Source: Candidatus Nanopusillus sp.
GTDB lineage: Archaea; Nanobdellota; Nanobdellia; Nanobdellales; Nanobdellaceae
Length of the DNA: 32,000 nucleotides
Reading direction: 5' to 3'
Assembly (NCBI GenBank): GCA_028275885.1
Contig: JAPWTW010000005.1
Location: forward strand, 46,565-78,564
The notes under the pieces are model-generated. The model did not search any database, was not told where the DNA came from, and saw nothing but the letters and a program-made list of their open reading frames with translations. Position numbers and translations under genes: made by a program. Of this stretch, positions 9,095 through 17,293 are shown piece after piece. Position 1 is the first letter of the stretch, and the number at the start of each line of letters is the position of its first letter.

Positions 9095-9369
9095 GATCAC
9101 AATTTATTTTATTATATTTAGTCTTAATATTATTTATTACATTATATTTTATTTCAAATTTGCAAAACAATTTCTATTATCAACCAAATATTGGTAAATA
9201 TATTGCAGAGGATTTTTATGTCAAATTATTATTATATCCAAATTATTCTTCTATCATAAATGAAACATATTATAACATTTGTATGTGGGAAAATATTATA
9301 TGTTATGATAATGGAACAAATATAATAGTTATAACTCAAAATTCTGAATATATATTAAATAAACCATAG
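9085..9369 (+). CDS. Small protein with class-III-signal-peptide-like N-terminus; possible type IV pilin-like protein (3 of 3)
   Basis: MEMRS-QFILLYLVLILFITLYFI shares the RS junction with ORF 2 and has Gln at the putative +1 position. Sequons are NYS, NET and NGT. The last base of its stop codon is nucleotide 1 of tRNA-Glu. Confidence 0.45.
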   Translation: MEMRSQFILLYLVLILFITLYFISNLQNNFYYQPNIGKYIAEDFYVKLLLYPNYSSIINETYYNICMWENIICYDNGTNIIVITQNSEYILNKP

Positions 9370-9443
9370 CCCCCATCGTCTAGTCAGGTCTAGGATACGG
9401 GGTTCTCATCCCCGAGACCCGGGTTCAAATCCCGGTGGGGGCA
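9369..9443 (+). tRNA. tRNA-Glu (anticodon CUC), 75 nt, no intron
   Basis: Sequence is GCCCCCATCGTCTAGTCAGGTCTAGGATACGGGGTTCTCATCCCCGAGACCCGGGTTCAAATCCCGGTGGGGGCA. Acceptor stem is GCCCCCA/TGGGGGC. Anticodon stem CGGGG/CCCCG carries loop TTCTCAT. T-arm is CCGGG-TTCAAAT-CCCGG. Confidence 0.92.
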
Positions 9444-9599
9444 AATTATAATTTTTAATTGTAAATCTTGTAAAGTAGATTCTTTGAAACAAACTATTAT
9501 GGAAAATTCGAAGGAAAATGTAAAATTTGGCATTTATAATTGATGTAAAGTAAGAGAAGGTGATTCTTCTGAAAAGGAGCTCTATCAATGCCATTATAA

Positions 9600-10000
9600 G
9601 GGATAGTTTGTAAAAAACATATTGAGTCTAAATTGGTAATAATTGAAAGTTCATCAATAGAAAAAGTCAAAGACCCTCTTAAGAGAAAAACTTTATGAAG
9701 AATGGAGAAAGGAGGTGGTCATCCTGATTTTGTTTGGACGATGCAATATTTTGAAAATTTTGAAATGAAGGAGAGAGGAAAGAGAAAAATTAAACTAAAA
9801 ATAGAGAAATTACTCTATATGACAAATCTTCAGAAAAATTTACTAAAGAGAAAATATCTTCTAAAGATGTAGCAGTTGTATTAGTACTGCTCTTATATCT
9901 TTTCTTAATCTTATTAAATTATCTTACAGCTGTACATTATACCATGATATTTCCTTTTATTATTATTGTTTTAGGTCTTATAATTGTAATTCTTAGATAG
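9600..10000 (+). pseudogene. Possible decayed gene: three consecutive frame pieces interrupted by an in-frame TGA and a frameshift, ending in two hydrophobic helices
   Basis: One frame reads GIVCKKHIESKLVIIESSSIEKVKDPLKRKTL-TGA-RMEKGGGHPDFVWTMQYFENFEMKERGKRKIKLKIEKLLYMTNLQKNLLKRKYLLKM*. An overlapping frame, open from 9848, reads EKIISKDVAVVLVLLLYLFLILLNYLTAVHYTMIFPFIIIVLGLIIVILR*. No intact ORF of 60 aa or more exists in about 1 kb of an otherwise gap-free genome. Confidence 0.3.
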
Positions 10001-10481
10001 TTACTTACTAAATTTTGATGGTTTTATCATTTGAGATATTAGTAAATATAAATTTAGTTATGGAAAGGAAAAGATAAAAATAACAATTACCTTTATTGTA
10101 GACTAATTTTTTTCATCTTATATTTTCTGTTATAAAAAGATTATAACTTCCTATAAAGGAGAAATTCAAGATATTATCATGGTGTGTTTATAGTTTTGTT
10201 TTGAATTCAAAGTAATTAGAAGTTATTTCAATTTAATTTGGATCAATTGATGAATTTGCTAAAACTTTATGCAAATAATTTATCATAAAACTAAGCATTT
10301 AAAAAATTACTGAAATTCTGAAGATTTTTAATTATTGGTTTGTAAATAGAATTTTTTCATTAATTTATATAAATACTAAATTTACGCTCTAGATTTATCA
10401 TTTAAATTTGGTGTTTTTTATATATTATATTTTTATATTTTATCTTAATATTTTTATAAAATATAAATAAAGAAAAAATTT

Positions 10482-10685
10482 TTATTCACCAGTCCAAACA
10501 TATTTTCCACCCTGTTCTTTTATCATTCCCTTATTTACATATCTTGTAATTAGTGCTTTTACAACTGCTGGTTTCTTTCCTAATTTATTTGCTATTTGTT
10601 GTGCTACTTTATCTACTTCATCCTTTGATACACCCTTTTTAAATGCAGCTTCTACTTCTGTCTTTAATTGAGATGTTGTTGCCAT
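10482..10685 (-). CDS. Small basic protein (67 aa), possibly winged-helix-like; function unknown
   Basis: This clean ORF has its own flanking AT-rich spacers. LGKKPAVVKALITRYVNKGMIKEQGGKYVWTG resembles a helix-turn-helix plus beta-wing. I recognise no confident family. Confidence 0.35.
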   Translation of the reverse strand: MATTSQLKTEVEAAFKKGVSKDEVDKVAQQIANKLGKKPAVVKALITRYVNKGMIKEQGGKYVWTGE

Positions 10686-10737
10686 AAAAAATATATAGGT
10701 GAAATGATTATAAACTTTAAATAAAAAAATTTATAAG

Positions 10738-11208
10738 CTATTTATTTAAAACTTCTTTTTCATTCTTTAATATTCCTAAATCCTTAAGATAAATTAAAAC
10801 AGCTCTTTTGCTCTTAAACTCATTACTTTTTGCTTTTTTATATAACTCTCTATATAACTTTTTATCAATTATATTTTTTTCTTTCAACTCTCTTAATAAT
10901 TTTCTTATTGCTCTTATTCTTTTCATCCAATTTTCTTTCTTATTTGATCTTGCTTTTTTACTCCCTTTTTTAGATCCTGCCCCTCTTCTTCTTCCTTTTT
11001 TCTTCTGTTCTCTAATATAATTTGCCCATGTCCTAGATTGTCCTTTAACATTTTTTACCCTTATTATTCCTTTATCAATTAAATCCAAAATATCAGATCT
11101 ACTTAAAGCTTTAGATACTTCTTGTATTTTATTTGGATTTATCCATATTCTATCTTTTCCAACACCTAGAATTTCTGATGCTAATCTTTTTTGTAATGAT
11201 AAGTCCAT
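10738..11208 (-). CDS. rpl19e: 50S ribosomal protein eL19
   Basis: MDLSLQKRLASEILGVGKDRIWINP...IRVKNVKGQSR...REQKKKGRRRGAGSKKG is the hallmark L19e N-terminus and basic tract. Confidence 0.9.
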   Translation of the reverse strand: MDLSLQKRLASEILGVGKDRIWINPNKIQEVSKALSRSDILDLIDKGIIRVKNVKGQSRTWANYIREQKKKGRRRGAGSKKGSKKARSNKKENWMKRIRAIRKLLRELKEKNIIDKKLYRELYKKAKSNEFKSKRAVLIYLKDLGILKNEKEVLNK

Positions 11209-11654
11209 TATTTAACTATTACTTCCCCACCAATGTTTTTAACCTTTTCTATTGCCTTTTCTGATGCTTCTCTTACATATATTTTCATTTTTTTGCTAAT
11301 TTTTCCAGCTCCTAATAATTTATCAACACCTATTTCATCTAGATCAATTACATAATATTCTCCATCACTTTTTATTATTCCCTCAGATAATAAATAATCG
11401 AAATATTCTTCTATATCTCCTAAATTAATTATAGATTTTTCAATATTATATTTAATACTTGTAAATCCTTTTTTATCTTCAAATCTTTCTGGAAATTCCT
11501 TAATTAACTTAATATATTTTTGTTTCTTAAATCTCCATCCAGAGAAACCTGAACCACCTTTATTCCCTTTACCTCTATTTCTATCATTATACCCCCTTCT
11601 AGCATATCTTTGTCCGAGATATTTTCTATATTTTCTCTTTTTGTGAGCGACCAT
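11208..11654 (-). CDS. rpl15: 50S ribosomal protein uL15
   Basis: It has a basic N-terminus with GKGNKGGSGFSG, then NLGDIEE...DKLLGAGKISKKMKIYVREASEKAIEKVKNIGGEV. This matches the archaeal L15P pattern. Its last stop base is shared with the eL19 start. Confidence 0.8.
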   Translation of the reverse strand: MVAHKKRKYRKYLGQRYARRGYNDRNRGKGNKGGSGFSGWRFKKQKYIKLIKEFPERFEDKKGFTSIKYNIEKSIINLGDIEEYFDYLLSEGIIKSDGEYYVIDLDEIGVDKLLGAGKISKKMKIYVREASEKAIEKVKNIGGEVIVK

Positions 11655-11697
11655 AGATAACCAAATATTTTATTAAACAATTTTTAAATTTAATATA

Positions 11698-12987
11698 ATG
11701 TACAATTTACCCTCAGGATTAAGAGATTTTCCTCCTGAAATAAAGATATTGAGAAATAAAATATTTAGTAAAATAGAGGAAGTATTTCAAAGATTTGGAT
11801 ATGATCCAATAGAAACTCCAACAATAGAATATTGGGATACATTGAAGGGAAAATATGGAGAAGAGGCTGAAAATAAATTAGTATGGAGATTTAAATTACC
11901 ATATTCAGATAAAGAATATGCATTAAGATATGACCAAACAGTACCTTTGGTAAGATTTTTTTCAAATCATAGGCCAGCTTTACCATTCAAAAGATATGTA
12001 ATAGATAAATCTTATAGATATGAGAATCCACAAAAAGGAAGATATAGAGAATTTTATCAGGCAGATTTTGATATAATTGGATCAAAGGAACCAGAATCTG
12101 ATGCGGAGATATTAAATATAGTGAATTTTATATTTAAGGAATTTAATTTTTCAAATTATAAAATTATAATAAATGATAGAGAATTTTTAAGATTTATTTT
12201 TGAGAAAAAGTTAAATATAAGTGAAGAAAAAATAAAGAAAGTATATACAATAATTGATAAGTTAGATAAAATTGGAATAGAAAATGTAAAGAAAGAATTG
12301 AATAATGTTGTTGGGGAATTATCTGACAAAATTGTTGAAATAATATCATTAAAGAATCAGGAAGTAATTGATTATTTATCAAAATATGAAGAAATATCAA
12401 AAGAAATAAATTATTTTAATAATATATTAGATCTATTAAATGATAAAAATAAAATAGAAATAAATTTGTCCTTAGTAAGAGGTTTAGATTATTATACTGG
12501 AATGATATATGAAGCAGTTGTTGAAAAACCAAAAATTGGATCATTATCTGGAGGAGGAAGATATGATAATTTGTTAAAATTATTTACAAATGAAGAAATA
12601 CCTGCTGTTGGTGGAAGTATTGGAGTAGAAAGATTAATTGATGCTGGAATAGAATTGGGAATATTTAAGATTGATAAAAAAACTTATACAGAAATATGTG
12701 TAATATATTTTGAAGATACATTCAAAGATGCTTGGAATATATGTAATAAATTGAGAGAAATTGGATTAAATTGTTATATTGATTTAATGAGAAGAAATTT
12801 TGATAAACAAATAAAATATGCAGTAGATAAAGATATAAGGTTCTTATTAATTGTCGGAAAAAAAGAATTATCAGAAAATAGCGTTTTACTACAGGATAGG
12901 TATACGAAGGAAAGAATTAAAATCTCGATTAATAATTTGGAAAATATCTACAGAATAGTAAAAAATAAGATAAAAAATAGTTATTGA
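11698..12987 (+). CDS. hisS: Histidyl-tRNA synthetase
   Basis: Class II motifs are present. LRYDQTVPLVR and YRYENPQKGRYREFYQADFDIIG are HisRS signatures, as are GLDYYTGMIYE and GGGRYDNL. A C-terminal anticodon-binding domain follows. Confidence 0.88.
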   Translation: MYNLPSGLRDFPPEIKILRNKIFSKIEEVFQRFGYDPIETPTIEYWDTLKGKYGEEAENKLVWRFKLPYSDKEYALRYDQTVPLVRFFSNHRPALPFKRYVIDKSYRYENPQKGRYREFYQADFDIIGSKEPESDAEILNIVNFIFKEFNFSNYKIIINDREFLRFIFEKKLNISEEKIKKVYTIIDKLDKIGIENVKKELNNVVGELSDKIVEIISLKNQEVIDYLSKYEEISKEINYFNNILDLLNDKNKIEINLSLVRGLDYYTGMIYEAVVEKPKIGSLSGGGRYDNLLKLFTNEEIPAVGGSIGVERLIDAGIELGIFKIDKKTYTEICVIYFEDTFKDAWNICNKLREIGLNCYIDLMRRNFDKQIKYAVDKDIRFLLIVGKKELSENSVLLQDRYTKERIKISINNLENIYRIVKNKIKNSY

Positions 12988-13159
12988 TAGGTTATTAATA
13001 TTATAAATATTTTCTATTAGGATAGAGAAAATCTTAAAAATCTATTTATAAAATTTATTAAAAAGAAAATTTATATATTTCAAAAGAGAATATATAATGC
13101 TCTTTTTATGCTAAAAATAAAAAATGGAATAATATATACTACTTTGAAATTAATAAATT

Positions 13160-14218
13160 TTACTTTTCATAGACAATACCTTTTGTAAAGACCCAATTAA
13201 TTATAGAAGCAATAAATATAGCAAGAAGTTGTGATATCAAATATTCCATTCTAAATACATAATAAAATAATAAGGCGAATAAATATTGAGCAGGCTTTGA
13301 CAATAAACTTCTCCCCCCTAAAAATAATAAAAATCTTTCCCAAAGCTTTCTTTTCTTAATTTTAAATACAAACAAATCATTTAAAATAAAATTCCATATA
13401 ATTGAAATTAGAATTGCTAGAAAAGAAGAAATATAAAATGGAAGATAAGAGATCAATAAGTATAAAGACAATAAATTAATAAAAATTCCAGATAGTCCTA
13501 CTAAATAGAACTTTATAAATTGAGAAATGTTAAATAATAATAAAACCTGCTTTAAATATGAAAAAATTACTTTTTTACCCAATTTAGATTTTCCATATTT
13601 TCTTTCTCTAAATGTATATGGAATTTCTATTAATTTATTATAATTTACTTTTACTAATATATCTAATAGAACCTTATAACTAAAAGGATCTGAAATATTA
13701 AAGTTATTTAATAGATCTTTTTTTATTAAGAAATATCCACTTAGCGGATCTTTTACTTTTAATGTTTCTGGTAGAAAAATATATGCAATAATTATTGCTG
13801 TTTTTGATATAATTTCTCTTATAATATTCCAATTCTCTATTTTTCCTCCTTTAATATATCTTGATGCAATAACTAGATCATAACCCTCTAAAGCCTTTTC
13901 ATACATTTTTCTTAATAATTCTGGAGGATGTTGTAGATCAGCATCCATTAATATAACATATTTTCCATTAGAATACTTCAGTCCATCCAAGAAAGCCGAT
14001 GATAAACCTTTCTTATATCCTCTTTCAATAAGTTTTATATTTTTATATTCTTTTATTACTTTTTCTATTTCTTCAATTGTTCCATCTTTTGATCCATCAT
14101 CTACAAAAATTATTTCATATTTTATATTATTTAAACTTTCATTTATTCTTTTTACTAATTCATTAATATTTTCCTTTTCATTTAATGTTGGTATTATTAT
14201 TGATACATCAATATTCAT
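13160..14218 (-). CDS. GT2 polyprenol/dolichol-phosphate mannosyltransferase-like glycosyltransferase fused to a GtrA-like membrane domain
   Basis: VSIIIPTLNEKENI, FVDDGSKDGT and MDADLQHPP form the Dpm1-type GT-A core. The C-terminal approximately 130 aa carry four hydrophobic helices (FIKFYLVGLSGIFINLL...) as in the GtrA family. Confidence 0.8.
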   Translation of the reverse strand: MNIDVSIIIPTLNEKENINELVKRINESLNNIKYEIIFVDDGSKDGTIEEIEKVIKEYKNIKLIERGYKKGLSSAFLDGLKYSNGKYVILMDADLQHPPELLRKMYEKALEGYDLVIASRYIKGGKIENWNIIREIISKTAIIIAYIFLPETLKVKDPLSGYFLIKKDLLNNFNISDPFSYKVLLDILVKVNYNKLIEIPYTFRERKYGKSKLGKKVIFSYLKQVLLLFNISQFIKFYLVGLSGIFINLLSLYLLISYLPFYISSFLAILISIIWNFILNDLFVFKIKKRKLWERFLLFLGGRSLLSKPAQYLFALLFYYVFRMEYLISQLLAIFIASIINWVFTKGIVYEK

Positions 14219-14273
14219 TGATTATTTTAAGTTCCTTATTTACTTTAAAAATATTTCTTTATATTATCATTAA

Positions 14274-14438
14274 ATGACAAGATTGGGTGGTACAAATAAA
14301 ATAAATCATGTTATATGTAGAAGATGTGGTAGAAAAACATATAATCCTAATAAAGGATATTGTTCACATTGTGGATTCGGGAGAAGTAGTAAAATTAGGG
14401 CTTATGCATGGTCGTATAAATTTAAAAGAAAATGGTAG
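14274..14438 (+). CDS. rpl37e: 50S ribosomal protein eL37 (54 aa; below the ORF-track size cut-off)
   Basis: My translation is MTRLGGTNKINHVICRRCGRKTYNPNKGYCSHCGFGRSSKIRAYAWSYKFKRKW*. This is the CRRCG...C..CG zinc ribbon with RxYxW, characteristic of L37e. It overlaps the uS5 start by 7 nt. A TTTAAAAATA box lies about 26 nt upstream of the ATG. Confidence 0.85.
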   Translation: MTRLGGTNKINHVICRRCGRKTYNPNKGYCSHCGFGRSSKIRAYAWSYKFKRKW

Positions 14439-15190
14439 AAGAACAAAAAGAAGTTGAAGAAGTAAAAAAGGAACAGGAAGCTTTAGAAAAAATAGGATCA
14501 CAAAAATTTGATATAGAATCTTGGAATCCAAAAACAAATCTTGGTAAATTAGTAAAGGAAGGAAAAATAAATTCAATTGAGCAAGTATTTAAGAATGGAT
14601 ATAAAATATTAGAACCAGAAATTGTAGATGCACTAATACCAGATCTAAAATATGAATATATTAGATTATCATTATCTAAAGGTAAATATAGAAGGCCAAA
14701 ATTTGTAAAGATGGTCCAAAGAAAAACTGCTGAAGGTAATAAGACATCATGGGTTTCTGTTGCTGTTGTTGGAAATGAAAATGGATATGTTGGTGTAGGA
14801 ATTGGAAAATCTTCAGATATTGCTTTATGTATGGAAAAAGCATTAAGAAATGCAAAGTTAAATATTATACCAATTGCAAGAGGATGTGGATCATGGGAAT
14901 GTGCATTTAAAACACCACATTCTTTACCATTTAAAGTTGAAGGATCTTATGGTTCTGTGAGAGTTATTCTATTACCAGCTCCAAGAGGGGTTGGATTGGT
15001 AGCACCTGAAGAAATGAAAAAAATATTTAGATTAGCAGGTATAAAAGATCTATGGATGAAATCCTTTGGACAGACTAGAAGAAGGTATAATTTTGCAATG
15101 GCGATTTATAATGCGTTAAGAAAAACAGTAGAATATAGAATAAAGGAAGAATATGCCAAATATTCTGGATTAAAGATTGGATTTGTATAA
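14432..15190 (+). CDS. rps5: 30S ribosomal protein uS5
   Basis: W.PKT.LGKLVKEGKI, the dsRBD-like segment and VAVVGNENGYVGVGIGKS...ALRNAKLNIIPI are S5 hallmarks. Confidence 0.9.
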   Translation: MVEEQKEVEEVKKEQEALEKIGSQKFDIESWNPKTNLGKLVKEGKINSIEQVFKNGYKILEPEIVDALIPDLKYEYIRLSLSKGKYRRPKFVKMVQRKTAEGNKTSWVSVAVVGNENGYVGVGIGKSSDIALCMEKALRNAKLNIIPIARGCGSWECAFKTPHSLPFKVEGSYGSVRVILLPAPRGVGLVAPEEMKKIFRLAGIKDLWMKSFGQTRRRYNFAMAIYNALRKTVEYRIKEEYAKYSGLKIGFV

Positions 15191-15191
15191 A

Positions 15192-15662
15192 ATGGGATTG
15201 TTGGCAATTGTAAGGATAAAAGGAATAGTTAAGGCAAATAAAGAAATAAAGGATACATTATATTTATTAAGATTAAGAAGGAATAATTATGCAGTAATAA
15301 TGAAGGATACAAAAGATATAAGAGGAATGATAAAAAAAGTAGAACCGTGGGTTGCATGGGGAGAAATAGATAAAGAAACATTAAAAGAATTATTATTAAA
15401 GAGAGGAAGATTAGAAGGAAATAAAAGATTAACAGAAGATTATATCAAACAAACATTGAATATGAATATTGATACATTTGTTGAAAAATTATTAAATAAT
15501 GAAATAGATTTAGATGCAATACCAAAAATAAAAAAAGTATTTAGATTAAAACCTCCATCAGGAGGTTATCCAAGAAGGGGTATAAAGGTTCCATATAGTC
15601 ATGGTGGGGCATATGGATATTATGGAAAAGATATAAATATATTATTAAAGAAAATGATATAA
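15192..15662 (+). CDS. rpl30: 50S ribosomal protein uL30
   Basis: MGLLAIVRIKGIVKANKEIKDTLYLLRLRRNNYAVIM matches the L30/L7e N-terminus. The ORF is open from 15177 (MDLYK...). I prefer the ATG at 15192, one nt after the uS5 stop, but the start is uncertain. Confidence 0.85.
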   Translation: MGLLAIVRIKGIVKANKEIKDTLYLLRLRRNNYAVIMKDTKDIRGMIKKVEPWVAWGEIDKETLKELLLKRGRLEGNKRLTEDYIKQTLNMNIDTFVEKLLNNEIDLDAIPKIKKVFRLKPPSGGYPRRGIKVPYSHGGAYGYYGKDINILLKKMI

Positions 15663-15663
15663 A

Positions 15664-16221
15664 ATGGCGAAGAGACCTTGGAGAATATTTAGGGAAATAG
15701 AAAGACCATATACAAGGTTTTCATATAGTAAATCATATAACAGAATCCCAGGTGCTCCACCATCAAAATTAAGAATGCAGATTATGGGAATGGTGAATGT
15801 ACCAAAAGATCAATGGAAATATGTGGGACATTTAATTGCATTATATAATGTTCAGGTATCTGATTATTCTTTAGAATCAGTAAGAATAAATATATTAAAA
15901 TACTTAGAAAATGAGGTAAAAGAATTTTTATTTATTATAAGAAAATATCCTCATCATGTTGTAAGAGAACATGCATTGGTATATGGTGCAGGTGCAGATA
16001 GAATATCACAAGGAATGAGACATGCATTTGGGAGACCATATACAAGGGCTGCACAAGTATACTATAAAGATATTGTTTTATCAATATATTATAATAAGCA
16101 AGAGTTTACAAATAGAATAAGTTTCTATTTAGATGTTGCAAGAAAAAAATTAGCAGGAAAATATAAGAAATATATAGGAGAAAACAAACCAGAAGAAATT
16201 ATTTTATCATCTGTTGTCTAG
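15664..16221 (+). CDS. rpl10e: 50S ribosomal protein uL16 (L10e)
   Basis: RPWRIFREIERPYTR, IPGAPPSKL, RKYPHHVVREH, GAGADRISQGMRHAFGRPY are L10e motifs. Its 3' end overlaps the convergent VWA gene by 23 nt. Confidence 0.88.
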   Translation: MAKRPWRIFREIERPYTRFSYSKSYNRIPGAPPSKLRMQIMGMVNVPKDQWKYVGHLIALYNVQVSDYSLESVRINILKYLENEVKEFLFIIRKYPHHVVREHALVYGAGADRISQGMRHAFGRPYTRAAQVYYKDIVLSIYYNKQEFTNRISFYLDVARKKLAGKYKKYIGENKPEEIILSSVV

Positions 16222-17293
16222 ATATTTCGTATTCTAATAATAATAGTTTTTTCAAATCTTTTATATCTTTAGAAATAAATAATCTTCCTCTTCCATATTT
16301 TACTATTTCTTTTGCAATTTTTTCACCTTCATTATCTAATTGTATTCCAATTATTGATATGTAACAATATTGACCCAATTCTTTAGCTAACTTTAAAGTT
16401 CTTTCTACAGGATTTTTTCCTTTTGTTGGTAAAGCATCAGTTATTAATATTATATGTCCATTTTCTTCTTTATTTAATAAATAATTAAATGCTAAAGCAA
16501 TATCTGTACTTCCATTTGGTATAATCCTTAATATATCTATTATATCTTTTAATCCTTTAACATTATTATATTCTTTAACAATCTTATCATTAAACAATAT
16601 TATATCTAATAGATTATTATCTTTTAATATCTTTGATACTAATAATATTAAGGCTTTTTTTGCTTCAAATATTTTTTCTCCTATCATGCTTCCAGATACA
16701 TCTAATAGAATTATATATTTACCACCCTTGTTTTCTCTTTTAACATTAACAATAAATCTTGCAATATCTTTATTCTTTATATATTTTCTTATTGTTTCTT
16801 TTATATCAATTTTATTATATTTATCTCCTATACTAAAATATTTCTTATAAAATTCCTCATCATTTCCAATATAATATGATAAGTATTTTCCATATTCAAA
16901 TATCCCTTCAATTTCCTTTTCTATATTTCCTATTAAATACTTAGAATATTCCATTAAGGATTTTTCAGTTAATTCTCCGTTTTCATCTATATATCCTTCA
17001 CTAGTTAATATTTCCTTTAATTTGTTTAAAGATTTCTTGAATTCTTTATTAAATCTATAATCCTTATCTTCTCTTATTCTTTTCTCATCATATTCAGTTA
17101 ACTTTGATAATATATCAGAATATTCTTTTTTATTTTCCATAATTTTATCTATATCAAATATTGGATATCCTTCTTTTATCATTTTTTCAATTAATTCATT
17201 TATATTTTTCTTAATATCTCTTGAACTATATTTAAAAGACTCTCCAGGTCTATTTATTAAATTTTCTGAATCAACTCCGAAAGTCTTTTCCAA
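16199..17293 (-). CDS. von Willebrand factor A (VWA) domain protein, partner of the upstream MoxR-like ATPase
   Basis: The C-terminal VWA domain has the MIDAS motif YIILLDVSGSM, followed by GSTDIALAF and IILITDALPT. The N-terminal helical region has unknown function. It overlaps the ATPase gene by 23 nt. Confidence 0.8.
   Translation of the reverse strand: MEKTFGVDSENLINRPGESFKYSSRDIKKNINELIEKMIKEGYPIFDIDKIMENKKEYSDILSKLTEYDEKRIREDKDYRFNKEFKKSLNKLKEILTSEGYIDENGELTEKSLMEYSKYLIGNIEKEIEGIFEYGKYLSYYIGNDEEFYKKYFSIGDKYNKIDIKETIRKYIKNKDIARFIVNVKRENKGGKYIILLDVSGSMIGEKIFEAKKALILLVSKILKDNNLLDIILFNDKIVKEYNNVKGLKDIIDILRIIPNGSTDIALAFNYLLNKEENGHIILITDALPTKGKNPVERTLKLAKELGQYCYISIIGIQLDNEGEKIAKEIVKYGRGRLFISKDIKDLKKLLLLEYEISRQQMIK

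Noticed and set aside
10248-10321. A possible C/D-box sRNA: TGATGA at 10248-10253, with CTGA at 10310 and 10318.
   Set aside because: The C box is preceded by U rather than a purine. There are no internal C'/D' boxes and no terminal complementary stem. The segment is not GC-enriched, and such hexamers are expected by chance in this composition.
9444-10481. A replication origin in the long non-coding gap.
   Set aside because: I found no repeated ORB-like elements (CCAGTGGAAA-type) and no adjacent orc1/cdc6 gene. Only trivial AT-rich micro-repeats such as TTTTGAAAATTTTGAAA are present.
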